Shown piece after piece: positions 51,700-63,607 of a DNA stretch of 64,000 nt (positions within the stretch are counted from its first letter, which is position 1; the number at the start of each line of letters is the position of its first letter). The notes under the pieces were generated by a model. That model was not told the origin of the DNA and ran no database searches. It worked only from the letters and a program-made list of their open reading frames with translations. Source of the DNA: Hypanus sabinus. Taxonomy: Eukaryota. A program made the position numbers and the translations under genes. The DNA lies in contig NC_082725.1 of assembly GCF_030144855.1 (NCBI RefSeq), forward strand, positions 10,106,001 through 10,170,000, in the 5' to 3' direction.

Positions 51700-52300
51700 C
51701 TATAGTGGCAACTTGAAAACAAAACAAAACTGCCGAGAAACTGAGTAAGGGATTTGCCACTGTATGACATGCTTCCAAATAACTAAGCTCAGAATCAAAT
51801 AAGGTACTTTCAACTCTTCATTACAAAACCAGCAAAGGCGAACTCATTTATATGGGTAAGAAATTAATGAAACTAAAATTAGCGATAGAGCAAAGAACGT
51901 AAATAAGCGAAATGATAAAATAAGCATTATAGTTAGTGTAACTAAGCGAAGTTGGTGCTAATTGGAAAGCCTATTTCATTATTTTTCTTATTTACAATCT
52001 TTGCTATAATTGCTCATTTTAGTTTGATTAGTTTCTTGTCACTATATGATTGTTCGTCTTGGCTGGTTTTGTAATAAATGATCGAACGTACTTTTTTTTT
52101 GACTTGGAGCTTAGTTAAGTTGAAGTGGTTCATACTGTGCTTATTCCCGTACTCAATCTCTCAGTGGGTTTTATCACCCCCGGCCCAACCCCTTTCAACC
52201 AGATAAGACCAGCTAACTAAGGCAAAGCACGAATGCATAATTATATTCATTTGCTTCTACAACATGATAAATTACCCATAAAAAATGCACAACACAAAAT
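51700..52300. repeat. Hairpin-plus-tail repeat: ~450 bp imperfect inverted repeat (51726-52172) followed by a ~130 bp tail
   Basis: Nested complementary blocks: taactaagctc (51780) / gagcttagtta (52107); attacaaaaccagc (51820) / gctggttttgtaat (52062); aaactaaaat (51870) / attttagttt (52016); taaataag (51900) / cttattta (51987). Confidence 0.85.
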
Positions 52301-54356
52301 CCAATTGACATGGCTTCTACATGGACTGTTCAGAAATCTGATGGCAGAGGTGAAGAAGCTATTTCTGAATTGTTGGGTGTGGGTCTTCGGGCTCCATCCT
52401 GATGGTAGTGGTAAGAAGAGGGCATGTGTCAGAGTGTTCTTGGTGATAGATACCACCACCTTGCGTTAAAGTTTCTAGAAACGTTCTCGAAGGTAGGGAG
52501 GGTTGGAGCTGGCTGAGTCTGTGACCCTTTGCAACAACAATGCGTTGGTGATATTGTGCATTGGAACCTCTATACCAGGCGGAGATGCAACCAGTTGGAG
52601 GGCTATCTGCTGTACATCTAAAGAAATTTGCAGGACCCTTTGATGAAATATCAAAGCTGCTAATGCTCCTTATGAAGTAGAGTCACAGGGGTGCCTCACT
52701 GTAGCATCACTGTGTTGGGCCCAGGACAGATCCCCTAAGATGTTGACACTCGAGAATGAAGAAGCTGCGCAATGTACTGCTGCCTGAGCCAAAGGAGGCT
52801 TACAGGCTCAACGGCAAGCGGCCATCATGGTCGCTTTTCTTGATCCCTTTAGACATTGTTAGCCTGGTATGCTGCAAGTTCAGTTTGCTAACTTATTGGA
52901 TGAGAGCAGGGGTGGATGGCAGGGGGAGGTGCCTGGGCTTGGTCGTAGCGAGGATTAGGCCTTAAGCCGCAGGTCACCTGCTTTACAGCCACTAGGGGAG
53001 AGGCGTCCAAGCAGGTGCGCTCTACTGGGGCAACGTGGCACATTTGTAATCAACTGAAGATTTCAATGGACTGAAGGGTCTGAGCTATATACATGTATAT
53101 TTTGCGTGGTTGTATTTTACTAATATTCTATTTGTGCTTGTATATTTGAGAACTGGGCCTGAAGCTGCAGTGATGCCTGGTGGGCATTGGGGTTGGTGTG
53201 ATCTACCAGGGGTGTGACATAGCATCTGGGCTGGAGTCAGAGCTGTCTACCCGCCTCTGCGTTTGCTCGGTGGGAAACGAGCTCTGTTGTGTTAGAGTGA
53301 TGATTTCAATGGACTGGGGACTCTGGACTATATATAGATATATTCTGCATCATATAGTACTGATATTCCATGTGTGCTTTTTGTCTGTGCAAGGACTGGC
53401 CCTCAAGCAGCAGTATTGCCTGGTGGTGGTGGGGGGGGGGGGGGGGGTTGCGTCGGAGCCAGTGTGCTCCATAGGGATGGAGTGGTGCGCCGTACTAGCT
53501 GGAGTTGGCACCCCCCCCCCCCCACTGTTTGCTCAGTGTGAGACGGGCTCTATTGTGGTCAGGGTATCAAAGAATATAGCGGGAAAGCTGGTGTATGGGA
53601 TTGAGTGGGATTTGGGTTCAGCTATGATGGAATGGCAGAGTAGACTCGATGGGCTGAATGGCCTAATTCACACCAATGTCTTATGGTTTTATGGACAAAT
53701 AAGCTTGAATTGAATTGAACTTAAAGCTGCCCACCCTTTCCACTGCTGGTGTGGACATTGGTCATATGGGTGTAATTGGGCAGCACAAGCTCATTGGGCT
53801 GAAGAGCCTGTTACTGTGCTGTATCTCTAAATAAATAAATCGACCTAGTCCAGATTAATCCAAAATCAGAATTCAGGGCTTTGCTGCTGATTTGTTTTAT
53901 TCAATTCATCTTGCTGCTACTCAGCAAGATTCAGGAACAGGCTAATTAATGAGGTGCAGATAACATTTATGCCACAACAGTGCTGGGAAATGGCCATGGG
54001 AGAGTATAACTGCCTACTCTTATTCCCTGGCATTATCATCACAAATCCTCCATTAATATCTTGGAGTAACTACTGACAAGAAATTCAGCTGGACCATGGC
54101 TACAATATCCACTGGGTGATCGGATATCCTAAGATGACTGTTTGCCCTTCTAATGCCACTGAACATTCCCATCATCTACAACGTACAAGGCAATAGCATG
54201 GTGGGATGTTTGGTCTGACAAAACTCAAGATAGGGCTGCCCACATGATTGAGAAGGTTGTTAAGCTGATGGTGTTAAGTGACACCATCAGCTATGGACAG
54301 AGCCCTTCTCTGGAAAGTATCCCCAGTGATGTACTGATAGAAACTGTGCTGTCAAT

Positions 54357-54845
54357 AAACACAAGACATTATGCAGATCCAGAGTAAGGCACACAAAACA
54401 CAGGAGAAACTCAGCTGGTCAGGCAGCATGTAGAGAAAAATAAGCAGTCAACATTTTGGGCCAAGAAGTCTTCTTTCACCTTCCTTGCCAGTTCTGATGA
54501 AGGGTCTCGACCTGAAATATCGACTGTTTATTCCTCTCCTTTAATGCTGCCTGACCTACTGAGATTCTCCAGCACTTCGTGTTTGTTTCTTCAGGTTTCT
54601 AGAAAAAAATATTTCCCTTCCCCACCGCTCTTCTTTTATTCCTATTCTGGCCTCTTACCTCTTCTCACCCGCCTATCACCTCCCCCTGGGTCCCCTCCTC
54701 CTTCCCTTTCTCCTATGGTCCGCTCTCCTATCAGATTCCAGCACTTGATCTTTCCTATCCTCTTGGTTTCACCTATCACCTTCTCACTATTCCCCTTCCC
54801 CACCTCCCCCCTTTTTATTCTGGGGTCTTCTCCCTACCTCCCTAC
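54357..54845. mobile_element. Palindromic Penelope-derived element plus adjacent pyrimidine-rich UTR fragment
   Basis: Inverted arms around the hammerhead at 54489-54526. The CT-rich tract 54610-54845 is the reverse complement of the GA-rich spacers of other copies. Confidence 0.65.
54489..54526 (+). ncRNA. Minimal type I hammerhead ribozyme motif (Penelope-like), apparently intact
   Basis: CAGTT-CTGATGA-A-GGGT(CTCG)ACCT-GAAA-T-ATC-GACTG: stem I CAGTT/GACTG, both core boxes, 4-bp stem II, palindromic ATAT stem III and AUC cleavage triplet. Confidence 0.7.
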
Positions 54846-55502
54846 CCAGGCTCTGGGTATTGAGGAGTCTGATAACTTGGGGGAAGAAACTTGCATAATT
54901 TGGTCATGAGAGCCCTAATGCTTCGGAGCCTTTTCCCATACGGCAGGAGGGAGAAGAGTTTGTATGAGGGGTGCATGGGGTCCTTCATAATGCTGTTTCC
55001 CTTGCGGATGCAGCGTGTAGTGTAAATGTCCTTGATGGCAGGAGGGGAGAGCCCGATGATCTTCTCAACTGACCTCACTATCCACTGCAGGGTCTTGCAA
55101 TCCGAGATGGTGCAATTTCTGAACCAGGCAGTGATGTAGTTACTCAGGATGCTCTGATTACAACTCCTGTAGAATGTGATGAGGATGGGCGAGTGGGAGA
55201 TGGACTTTTCTCAGCCTTCACAGAAAGTAGAGACACCACTGGGCTTTCTTTGCTATGGAGCTGGCGTTGAGGGACCAGGTGAGATTCTCTGCCAGGTGAA
55301 CACCAAGAAATTTGGTGATCTTAATGATCTCTACCGAGGAGCCGTCGATGTTCAGCGGGGAGTGGTCGCTCCATGCCCTCCTGAAGTCAACAGCCATCTC
55401 TTTTGTTTTGTTCACATTCAGAGACAGGTTGTTGGCTCTGCACCAGTCTGTCAGCTGCTGCACCTCCTCTCTGTAAGCTGACTCATTGTTCTTGCTGATG
55501 AG
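54846..55502 (-). mobile_element. Rex1/Babar-like LINE 3' fragment (relatively well preserved)
   Basis: WCRANNLSLNVNKTKEMAVDFRR..KFLGVHLAENLTWSLN..KKAQWCLYFL, then DIYTTRCIRKGNSIMKDPMHPSYKLFSLLPYGKRLRS. Confidence 0.85.
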
Positions 55503-56282
55503 GACATCTCCAGTCCTTCATGGTCATTGGATTTCTCTGTGATGGCAATGAAGTGAAGCCCTATTAATTAGGTTTGCTTTCTGCTTTGCTCAAGCTCCCT
55601 CAACAAATACCTGCAAATATTGAGATGAATGACTAATTTATCTGCACACAAAATGGTGATGGCTCAATGGAAGAATGATGACCATAGCTTTAAAAAGAAT
55701 TTCCTTTGCTGGATTTTTTCAGAGTTCAAAGTTAATTTAACATCAAAGCATGTATAAATTATACAACCTTGAGATTTGTCTCTTACGGGCAGCTACAATA
55801 CAAGAAACCCAATTGAACCCATTGGAAAAAAATCCAAAAAAACACCCAATGTGCAGAGAGAAAAAAAACACAAATTGTGCAAACAACAAAAGGAAACAAG
55901 CAGATCATACACTACCTTGAGATTCATTCTTTTGCAGGCATTTAAAGGAAAGGAGCATAATTTTATGAAAAACTGTTAACAAACTGATCGACAAACAACC
56001 AATGTGCAGAAGGTAAACTGCAAAAATATTGAGAGCCTGAGTTGTAAAGAACCCTTGAAAATGTGTCTGTAGGTCATAGGATCAGATCAGAGTTGTGGTA
56101 AATGAAGTTATCCACGCTGATTCAGGAGCCTGGTGGTTGTAGGGGGATATTGCATTGATTCATATCTTACTCAAAATATTTTATGCTTAGCAAGACCTAG
56201 TTAGCATAGTTGAGGACCAGGTTATATTGTGAGCTCATTTCGCTATCAAGAAACTTGAACTCACAACTTTAAAGCATGATAG

Positions 56283-56932
56283 AGGCAGCACGGTAGTATA
56301 ATATTTAGCACTACACTCTACAGTGCAAGTGACCCCGGTTCAATACCTGTCACTGCCTGTAAGGATTTTGTATGTTCTCCCTGTGACGGTATGGGTTTCC
56401 ACGGTCCCAGCGACGCTTAATTATGAAAGGGATAGATAAGATAGAGGAAGAAAAGTTGTTTCCACAGATAGGTGAGACTAGAGCTAGGGGACATAGCTTC
56501 AAGATTTGGGGGAGTAAGTTTATGATGAAGATGAGGAAGAGCTGCTTTTCTCAGAGAGTGGTGAATCTGTGGAATTCTCAACCTAATGAAGCTGTGGAAG
56601 CTACCTCAGTGAATATATTTAAGACAAGGTTGGACAGAATCTTGCATAGTAAGGGAACTAAGCACTACGGGGAAAAGGCAGGGAGGTGGAGATGAATCCA
56701 TGGCCAGATCGGCCATGATCTTATTGAATGGTGGAACAGGCTTAACAAGCCAGTTAGCTTACTCCTGCTCCTATTTCTTAAGCTCTTATGTACAGATTGT
56801 TAGGTTAATTGGTCATCGTAAATTATCCAGTGATTAAGCTAGGATTAAATCTGGGGTTGCTGGGCAGTGTGGCTTGAAGGGCCAGAGGGCCTATTCCTCA
56901 TTATATCTCAATAAATAAATAAATAAATAAAA
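56283..56932 (+). mobile_element. V-SINE split by a CR1 3' fragment (~56420-56792)
   Basis: SINE head and V start at 56283-56415; CR1 peptide KSCFSQRVVNLWNSQP; SINE resumes taggttaattggtcat and ends (aata)n. Confidence 0.8.
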
Positions 56933-57863
56933 GTAACCAACTGAGCCAAGACGTATATATAGAATATTTTTGCCTCCTCAAAGGCTTGAATTTTATGCCC
57001 TCTACAATCTGCAGAAGGAACATTTTGTTAATGATCTTGAAAATTATGGACCTAATTTTCTTTCCTCTGCCTTTTATGATTCAGCAGAAACTTCCATAAA
57101 CTAATATGCAAGTAGCTGTCACATAATAATTAGGTGGCAGAGGCTTGTTGGGCTGGAAGGACCTGTTATCATGCTGTTTTTTAAAATACAATAAGTAAAT
57201 AAAGATACTAAAAGTAATAATAAAACCAATTGGGAATTTGGAGCGGGTACTGCTCCTGTGCACTTCATAACAAAGTTAGAATGTGTGCTCTATTGTGATT
57301 TGTTGGATAATGAGGTGCTGTTCCACAATTTTATGCTGAAATTCATTGGAATGGCATGGAAGTAGGATGGAGATTTTAAGTCACAGACAAGTAGATCTCA
57401 GAATGCCACATTCTGACCAAGCCAGGCATTCCACAGGAAGGTAATCCAACCTGTATTGGATCTCCCAAGTAGAAGAGACCAGATCAGGAGAAGTGAATAG
57501 GTGCACAAATCTTTTTGTGTGTTTTCCACACTGCAGTTTTGGCTTCAAGCAGAGATTAGCTTTGTGATAAAAGTGGAGCTAATGTGTATGTCCTTATACT
57601 GAAGGGAAAAGAATTGGCTTGCATACTGGCTTGCTTGTACATAGACAGATGTGATGCAGCACCCATGGTTGAAACCAACCAACGAAGGTCTCAGTTAATT
57701 ATGACCATAATAATCTGTGATGAAATCTTCTCTCATTACTGCATTTAATAAAGACGCAAGCACACAATAAACAGACACAAATCTAAGTTTGCAGACCAGA
57801 AGGAGTGTAATTGCTTAATAAATAATACAGGTGAGAGAACAGAACATCAGAGCTGTGTTAGAT

Positions 57864-57933
57864 CAGAGATTCCCAACGTAGAGTCTATGGACCCCTTGCT
57901 TAATGGTATAAAAAAAAAGGTTGGGAACCCCTG
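57864..57933 (+). mobile_element. Tiny hAT-type MITE
   Basis: cagagattcccaac...aggttgggaacccctg; same family as 5144-5209. Confidence 0.65.
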
Positions 57934-60900
57934 TGATTAAGCAAGACCATGTCTAATGTGTTTCAGCACAGATGAAGGTGAGGATATATATATTTTGGAT
58001 CAAAATTGGATAGGTCTGAGTTCTAATGTTTCAATTGTGCTTTAAACGAAAGGCTGGAATTCCAAAGCACATCAGATGTCTATTCATACTGATCATCAAA
58101 ATGTAATGCTCGGATATTACAAATTAACCAAGAAGCTAGTGAAATGAAAACCTTTACACCTCAGGCTACAATATAAAGATAATTTTTAAAAAACGGTAAA
58201 TTCTGGAAATACTGAGCAAGTTGGATATCATCTGTGGAAAGAGTAATGGAGTTAACATTTCACATCAAAGAACCTGCATCAGAATAAAATCAGTTCAGAT
58301 AAAGGGTCTTTGATCAAAATGTAATGGAATTATTACCTCAGATATACAAAGCTCAAGTACTGTGTGCCATTTGGTATATCCACTAAAGGAAAATATATTG
58401 GAAAATGTGCACCATGGAGTTCAAGTTGTAGATCATGAGGAAATATCAGATATGTAGGTTATTATTCTCTGTAATACAGAGTAGTTGCAGATTATTCAAT
58501 GGAGATTTATAGGGTTTTGGAACAGTTCGTTGAAACAAATTTTCTCAGCTATGGAACATTTAGTATGTAAAATCAGTGCCTTGTCATTTTGGTAAGCAGA
58601 CAGGAAACAGCCCTATAACAGCTCTTTCTAAAAACAATGGATGCTCACTCAATTTTGATTTTAAATATTATTTGGTGTATTTCATTGTTTTATTTTACAA
58701 AACTGAAATGATACCTGCCTTGTCAGTTTAAAGATGGATGTTTGATTTTAATCTTAATCAGTTCACCTTTATTCAATTATAACACTATACTAAATGGAAT
58801 CATGAACTCACAGTGGGTATGATAGTTCCTATGTTTGCATCTCCTTGTAACTTGACTTAGACCATTTGCAAATCTTTTGTACAGTCATTGAATTCTGGTG
58901 TTAACAGAAGAACAAAGTGAATTGTGGAAAAAGCACAAAATGCTAGAAACACTCGTCTGGTCAGGATTCACCTGTGGAAAGAGAAAGCAGTAAATGTTTC
59001 AACTTGATGACTTTACATCTTTGATTCTCATTCTCAGGTGCTGCCTGACCTGCTGAGCATTTAATGTTATTTCACCTGCTGAATTTTGCTTTTGGCAAAT
59101 TGAATTATATGTGTGATAACAAAACAAATTCTGATGTAATGATAAGATCAAAGCAGTAGCCTTGTTTGTAGCTTTAGGGCTATTTTTTTTAGTCCAATGC
59201 TGTTTTTTAACCACCCAATTAAATGTATTGTTCTGGCTTCACTTATTGTATTGTGTTTCTGAGACGATGCCGTCTTTTTCTACTCTTCCTTTTTCTTAAT
59301 TCTCTCTTCGGCATTTCTTGTTTTCACCAATCCCCCCCCCCCCCGCCCCCCCACATATATACCTCACCACCAACAAACCTGGTCCCCAGCTTCGGTGGCA
59401 CTCTATTTCTCTCTCCTGACTCTCCTCTCCACATCCTGACATCACCTGATCACTGACAGTCACATCAGTGCCCCTTTTTAAAGTTTAAAATAAATTTACT
59501 ATCAAAGCACATGTGCCACCATATACTACCCTTAGGATTCATTTTCACGCAGGCATTCACAGTAGAACGTAGAAATACAAAGGAATCAGTGAAAAGCACA
59601 ACACACACACACACACACACACACCAATGTGCAAAAGAAGACAGACTGTGTACATAAAAAAAGTAAGTAAATAATACCGAGAACATGAGTTGTCAAGCCC
59701 TTGAAAGTGAGTCCACTGGTTCTGGAATCAGTTGAGAGTTGGGAATCAGGAGCCTGATGATTGAAGGGTAATAACAGTAACTCAGACCTAGTGGAGTGGG
59801 TCCTGGGGCCCCTGCACCTCCTTCCCGACAGCAGCAGCATAGGCTGCTTGGTCAGGGTCCTTGATGGTGGATGCTGCTGTCTTGTGGCACGCTCAGTGTA
59901 ACCGAGTTAGAATAAAAGGGGAAAGATCGGGAAGCAAGGTGAGCATTGAAGAGCAAGGAAAGGTTTTTAAAAGAATAAAAATAGTAAAACCTGGGTAATG
60001 TGATGTTGTGATGAGCACTGGTGCATTTGGAATCTGAATCATGTGATGGCATGCTTCACTTCATAGACCCAGGTGTAGAACTATTCCTCTCCATACCTGT
60101 TTCCTGATTTGCTAAGTTCCTCCAGCATTTTGTGTATTGCCGTACAGACACTGGAAGGCATCAGACCACAAGACCCTACAGAGGATATTAAGAACCGTTG
60201 AGAGGATCACTGGAGTCTCCCTCTCCTCTGTTTGTGACATTTATCAGGAACAGTGAAATGCAATAGAATCAATGAAAAACTAGAAAACACACACACAAAG
60301 ACTGACAAAGAAACAATGTGCAAAAGAAGAGAAAGTGTGCAAAAAAAAGTAATACTAGAACTTGAGTTCTCAGGTAAGTGTCCTTGATGATGGATGCTGC
60401 TTACTTGTGGCAATTTTCCTTGGATATGTGTTCAGTGATGGACTGGGATGAGTCCATCACTTTTAGTAGGTTGAGCTTTGCCGCCTACTCTCTTGTGCTT
60501 TGCTGCCCTTTGTTTTCATCTTCTTCCCAGCTTAAGGGCGATAGTACATTCAGAGTTCCTGCTAGCAGGCAACCAAGTCGCATGGTTTGGAGCAAATCCA
60601 TTTGGGAATAAGATTCAATTTAGACGTACTTAATGAACAGTTACCAAGTTGGGTAGTGAACACTTAGCACTTTAAAAGAGACTGACTGAGAGAAGCCAAT
60701 GGACATATTGAATTTTTCTGTAGTTTTACAATTATTTCCCCCTTGGCCAATGTTGGATGGCAATCTTCAATACAGAAACTTGGAGCAGTTTGTATGCATT
60801 TACCAATCATTATTATTGTCTGCACCTGACAGTAAAGGATTATAAGTCCTTTGGGTGTTTAGATTCATGCAGTTCAGAAGAAGCCGTTCTTCGGAATACC

Positions 60901-61689
60901 ATCAGCAGTGTCTTTTTATTATCTGCAGTATATATATATTTTGTAAGTGGAAGTAGAATGGATGGTTGACAATGTTATGACAATTAGAATTTCTTTTTTG
61001 ACATTCAGAGTTGCTTCTCTTTCTGACCGAACACAATTTGGAGTGTTATGCCGTTGATCTATTCATGCTTGAACGCACTTGATGCCTCTTCTCATCCTGG
61101 TAAATAGCCCTGGCGTATAGCAGATTTTGGGAAGATCAACCAGTCACTCGGGAGATGGTTTCTCTTGCAGGAATACCTCAGCTGATTTTCCACAGGATTA
61201 TGGTAATACCCTATTATGTGTCAAAGTTGAATTCCTTTCAGTGAATGTAGGAGAGCCATGTAGAATTTAGCCTATGAGGAAATAATGAAGTATTTTCTAA
61301 AGCAAGAAGACTCCAGTTGAATAAAGCATTTAAAACATTAAAACAAATAAAATGAATTTCAATTTGACAACAGACCTTTTAATTATATTTGAATGTAAAA
61401 GAAATAGGCATGTTTAAGATTAGAGGTGGGAGGCCACCAGAGAAAACTTCTTCATGCAAGCTGTGGTGCGCATTTGGAATGAGCTGCCAGATATAGTTGG
61501 TTAAAGCCGGCAAATTAGCAACATTTAAAAACAAGTTTGATAAGTGCGTGGGTAGGAGAGCTTTCGAGGGCTACAGGTCAAACATGGGCTTTGGGACTCT
61601 TCGCACCATTCTGTCCTTTAATTCCAGGACAAATCCTGGTCTGTCTCCAATGATCATCTTATTTAGCTCATCAAACGTTTATATCTGGG

Positions 61690-62660
61690 AAGCAGCACGA
61701 ATGGAAAAGGCTTCAGAAAGTGATGGACACAGTCCAGCCCTTCATAAGCAAAGCCCTCCTGCCATTGAGTAGATTGTTATGGAGTCCTGCCACAAGAAAG
61801 CAGCATCCATCGTTAAAAGACCTCCACCTTTCAGGCCACGCCCTCTTCTCACTATTGTTTTCACAGGAGGTACAGGAGCCTCCAGTCACAGCACCAGGTT
61901 CAGGAAATTATCCCCTAACAATCACCAGGCTCCTGAACAGACATGGATAACTTCAGTCACCATTACACTGCAATGTACAGACTCACTTTCAAAGGCTCTA
62001 CTTGATTGTTTGTCATTCTTTGTTTACCTATGGTTTTCTTGTAGGTTCTATTGCATTTCTTTTTCTCTGTAAATGCCTGCAAGAAACTGAATCTCCAGTT
62101 AGTATATGGTAATCTGTATGTACTCTGATAATAAATGTACTTTGAGCTAACTGCGTCTAAAATTCATTGCCCTGACTCAGTTTCATTCCATCTGACATCA
62201 AAGCTCTCAATCCTGCCTTGTTATCTCCATATTCAACACTCATGTCCAAAGTTCAAAGTAAATTTATTATCAAAGTACATATATGCCACCATATACTGGG
62301 TATCCAATCAGTGTGACAGCAAACTCTGCAAATATGAAACTAAAGAAGTAATAATAATAAATAAATCAACAGTAAGTATTGAGAACATGAGATGAAGAGT
62401 CCATGAAAGTGAGTCCATAGGTTGTGGGAACATTCCAGTAATGGGGGGAGTGAAGTTATCTCCTTTGGTTCAAGAGCCCTGATGGCTCTTGATAACTGAG
62501 CCTGATAACTGTTCCTGAACCCGGTAGTGTGGATCCTGAGGCTCTTGTGCCTTCTTCCTGATGACAGCAGCGAGAAGAGAACATGTCCTGGGTGATGGGG
62601 TCCCCGATGATGGATGCCAGCTTCCTGTGACAATGTTTCATGCAGATGTGCTTAATGCTC
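61690..62660. mobile_element. Two convergent Rex1-like 3' fragments
   Basis: PHHPGHVLFSLLSSGRRHKSLRIHTTGFRNSY on -; similar on +; tactttgataataaatttactttgaac tails. Confidence 0.7.
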
Positions 62661-62927
62661 TAGCCTTTCATCCTTAAACTCTTAAGGAGCTGATTTAAAA
62701 CTCATTACCATCTTTTTAACTTTCCACCGAGTTCAATCCACCCTCATATTTATGTCTAAATCACTTCCTGGTCGTGCCATCATTTTAGGTTACTTCACAT
62801 GGCCTACAACCCCACTGAAGCCTTTTGTTTCTCCAATTTCATTTTCTCCCTCATTGTTGACAACTACACCTTCAGCTCCTCAGGTACTTCGCTCAAAACC
62901 TCTTTCTTGAAAATCAGCCGGAAAGTT

Positions 62928-62988
62928 AATGTATTAAATGTATTATCAAATGTATTATCAAATGTAATATCAAATGTATTATCAAAGT
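62928..62988. repeat. Minisatellite (AATGTATTATCA)n, about 4-5 units
   Basis: Directly visible; sits at the 3' tail end of a minus-strand retroelement. Confidence 0.85.
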
Positions 62989-63607
62989 GAGTGTATGTTA
63001 CCATATATTGCCTTGAGATTTATTTTCTTGTAGGCATTTACAGAAAAAAATGCAACAGAATCTACAAGAAAACCAGACACAAAGTAAGAATGACAAACAA
63101 CAAAGTAGAGCCCTTGAAAATGAACTTATAATTCGTAGATTCAGTTCAGAGTTGGGATGAGTAAAGCTATCCATGGTGGTTCAGGAGCCGGATGGTTGTA
63201 GAGTAGTAATTGTTCCTGAACCTGGTGGTGTGGAGCCTAAGTCCTCCTGCCTGATGGTAGTAAAGGGAAAAGCGCATGACCTGGATGGTGGATAAGTAGA
63301 CTTTGTAAGACGGAGGAAGGGACCAGAGTGGAAAATACATTGTTGAGGTTGCAAACGATTGGGTTTTAGCTGTATTCTATAAAAGGGCAAAGATCTGGAG
63401 TTTCTAGCAAATGGTGGGTTCCATTTTTCTAATGTTTATTGGAGGAAAAAGAGAGTCAACAAGGGATGAAATTTGAATGGGCATTTGGTCACTAAAGACA
63501 GGGAGCACTAAATGTGAGATGGGGAGATATTGCTGTCACCAGTATGCAGCTAAAGGTTAATTCCAGTCATTGATGATGTCACCCAGAGCAACATCAAAGA
63601 AGTAGCA

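Noticed and set aside
53180-53713. 177-aa ORF (and the 207-aa ORF at 38442..39065)
   Set aside because: They cross unrelated repeat fragments and poly-G/C runs and show no recognisable domain.
62928-62988. CRISPR-like array
   Set aside because: Head-to-tail 12-mer with no spacers, in eukaryotic DNA.
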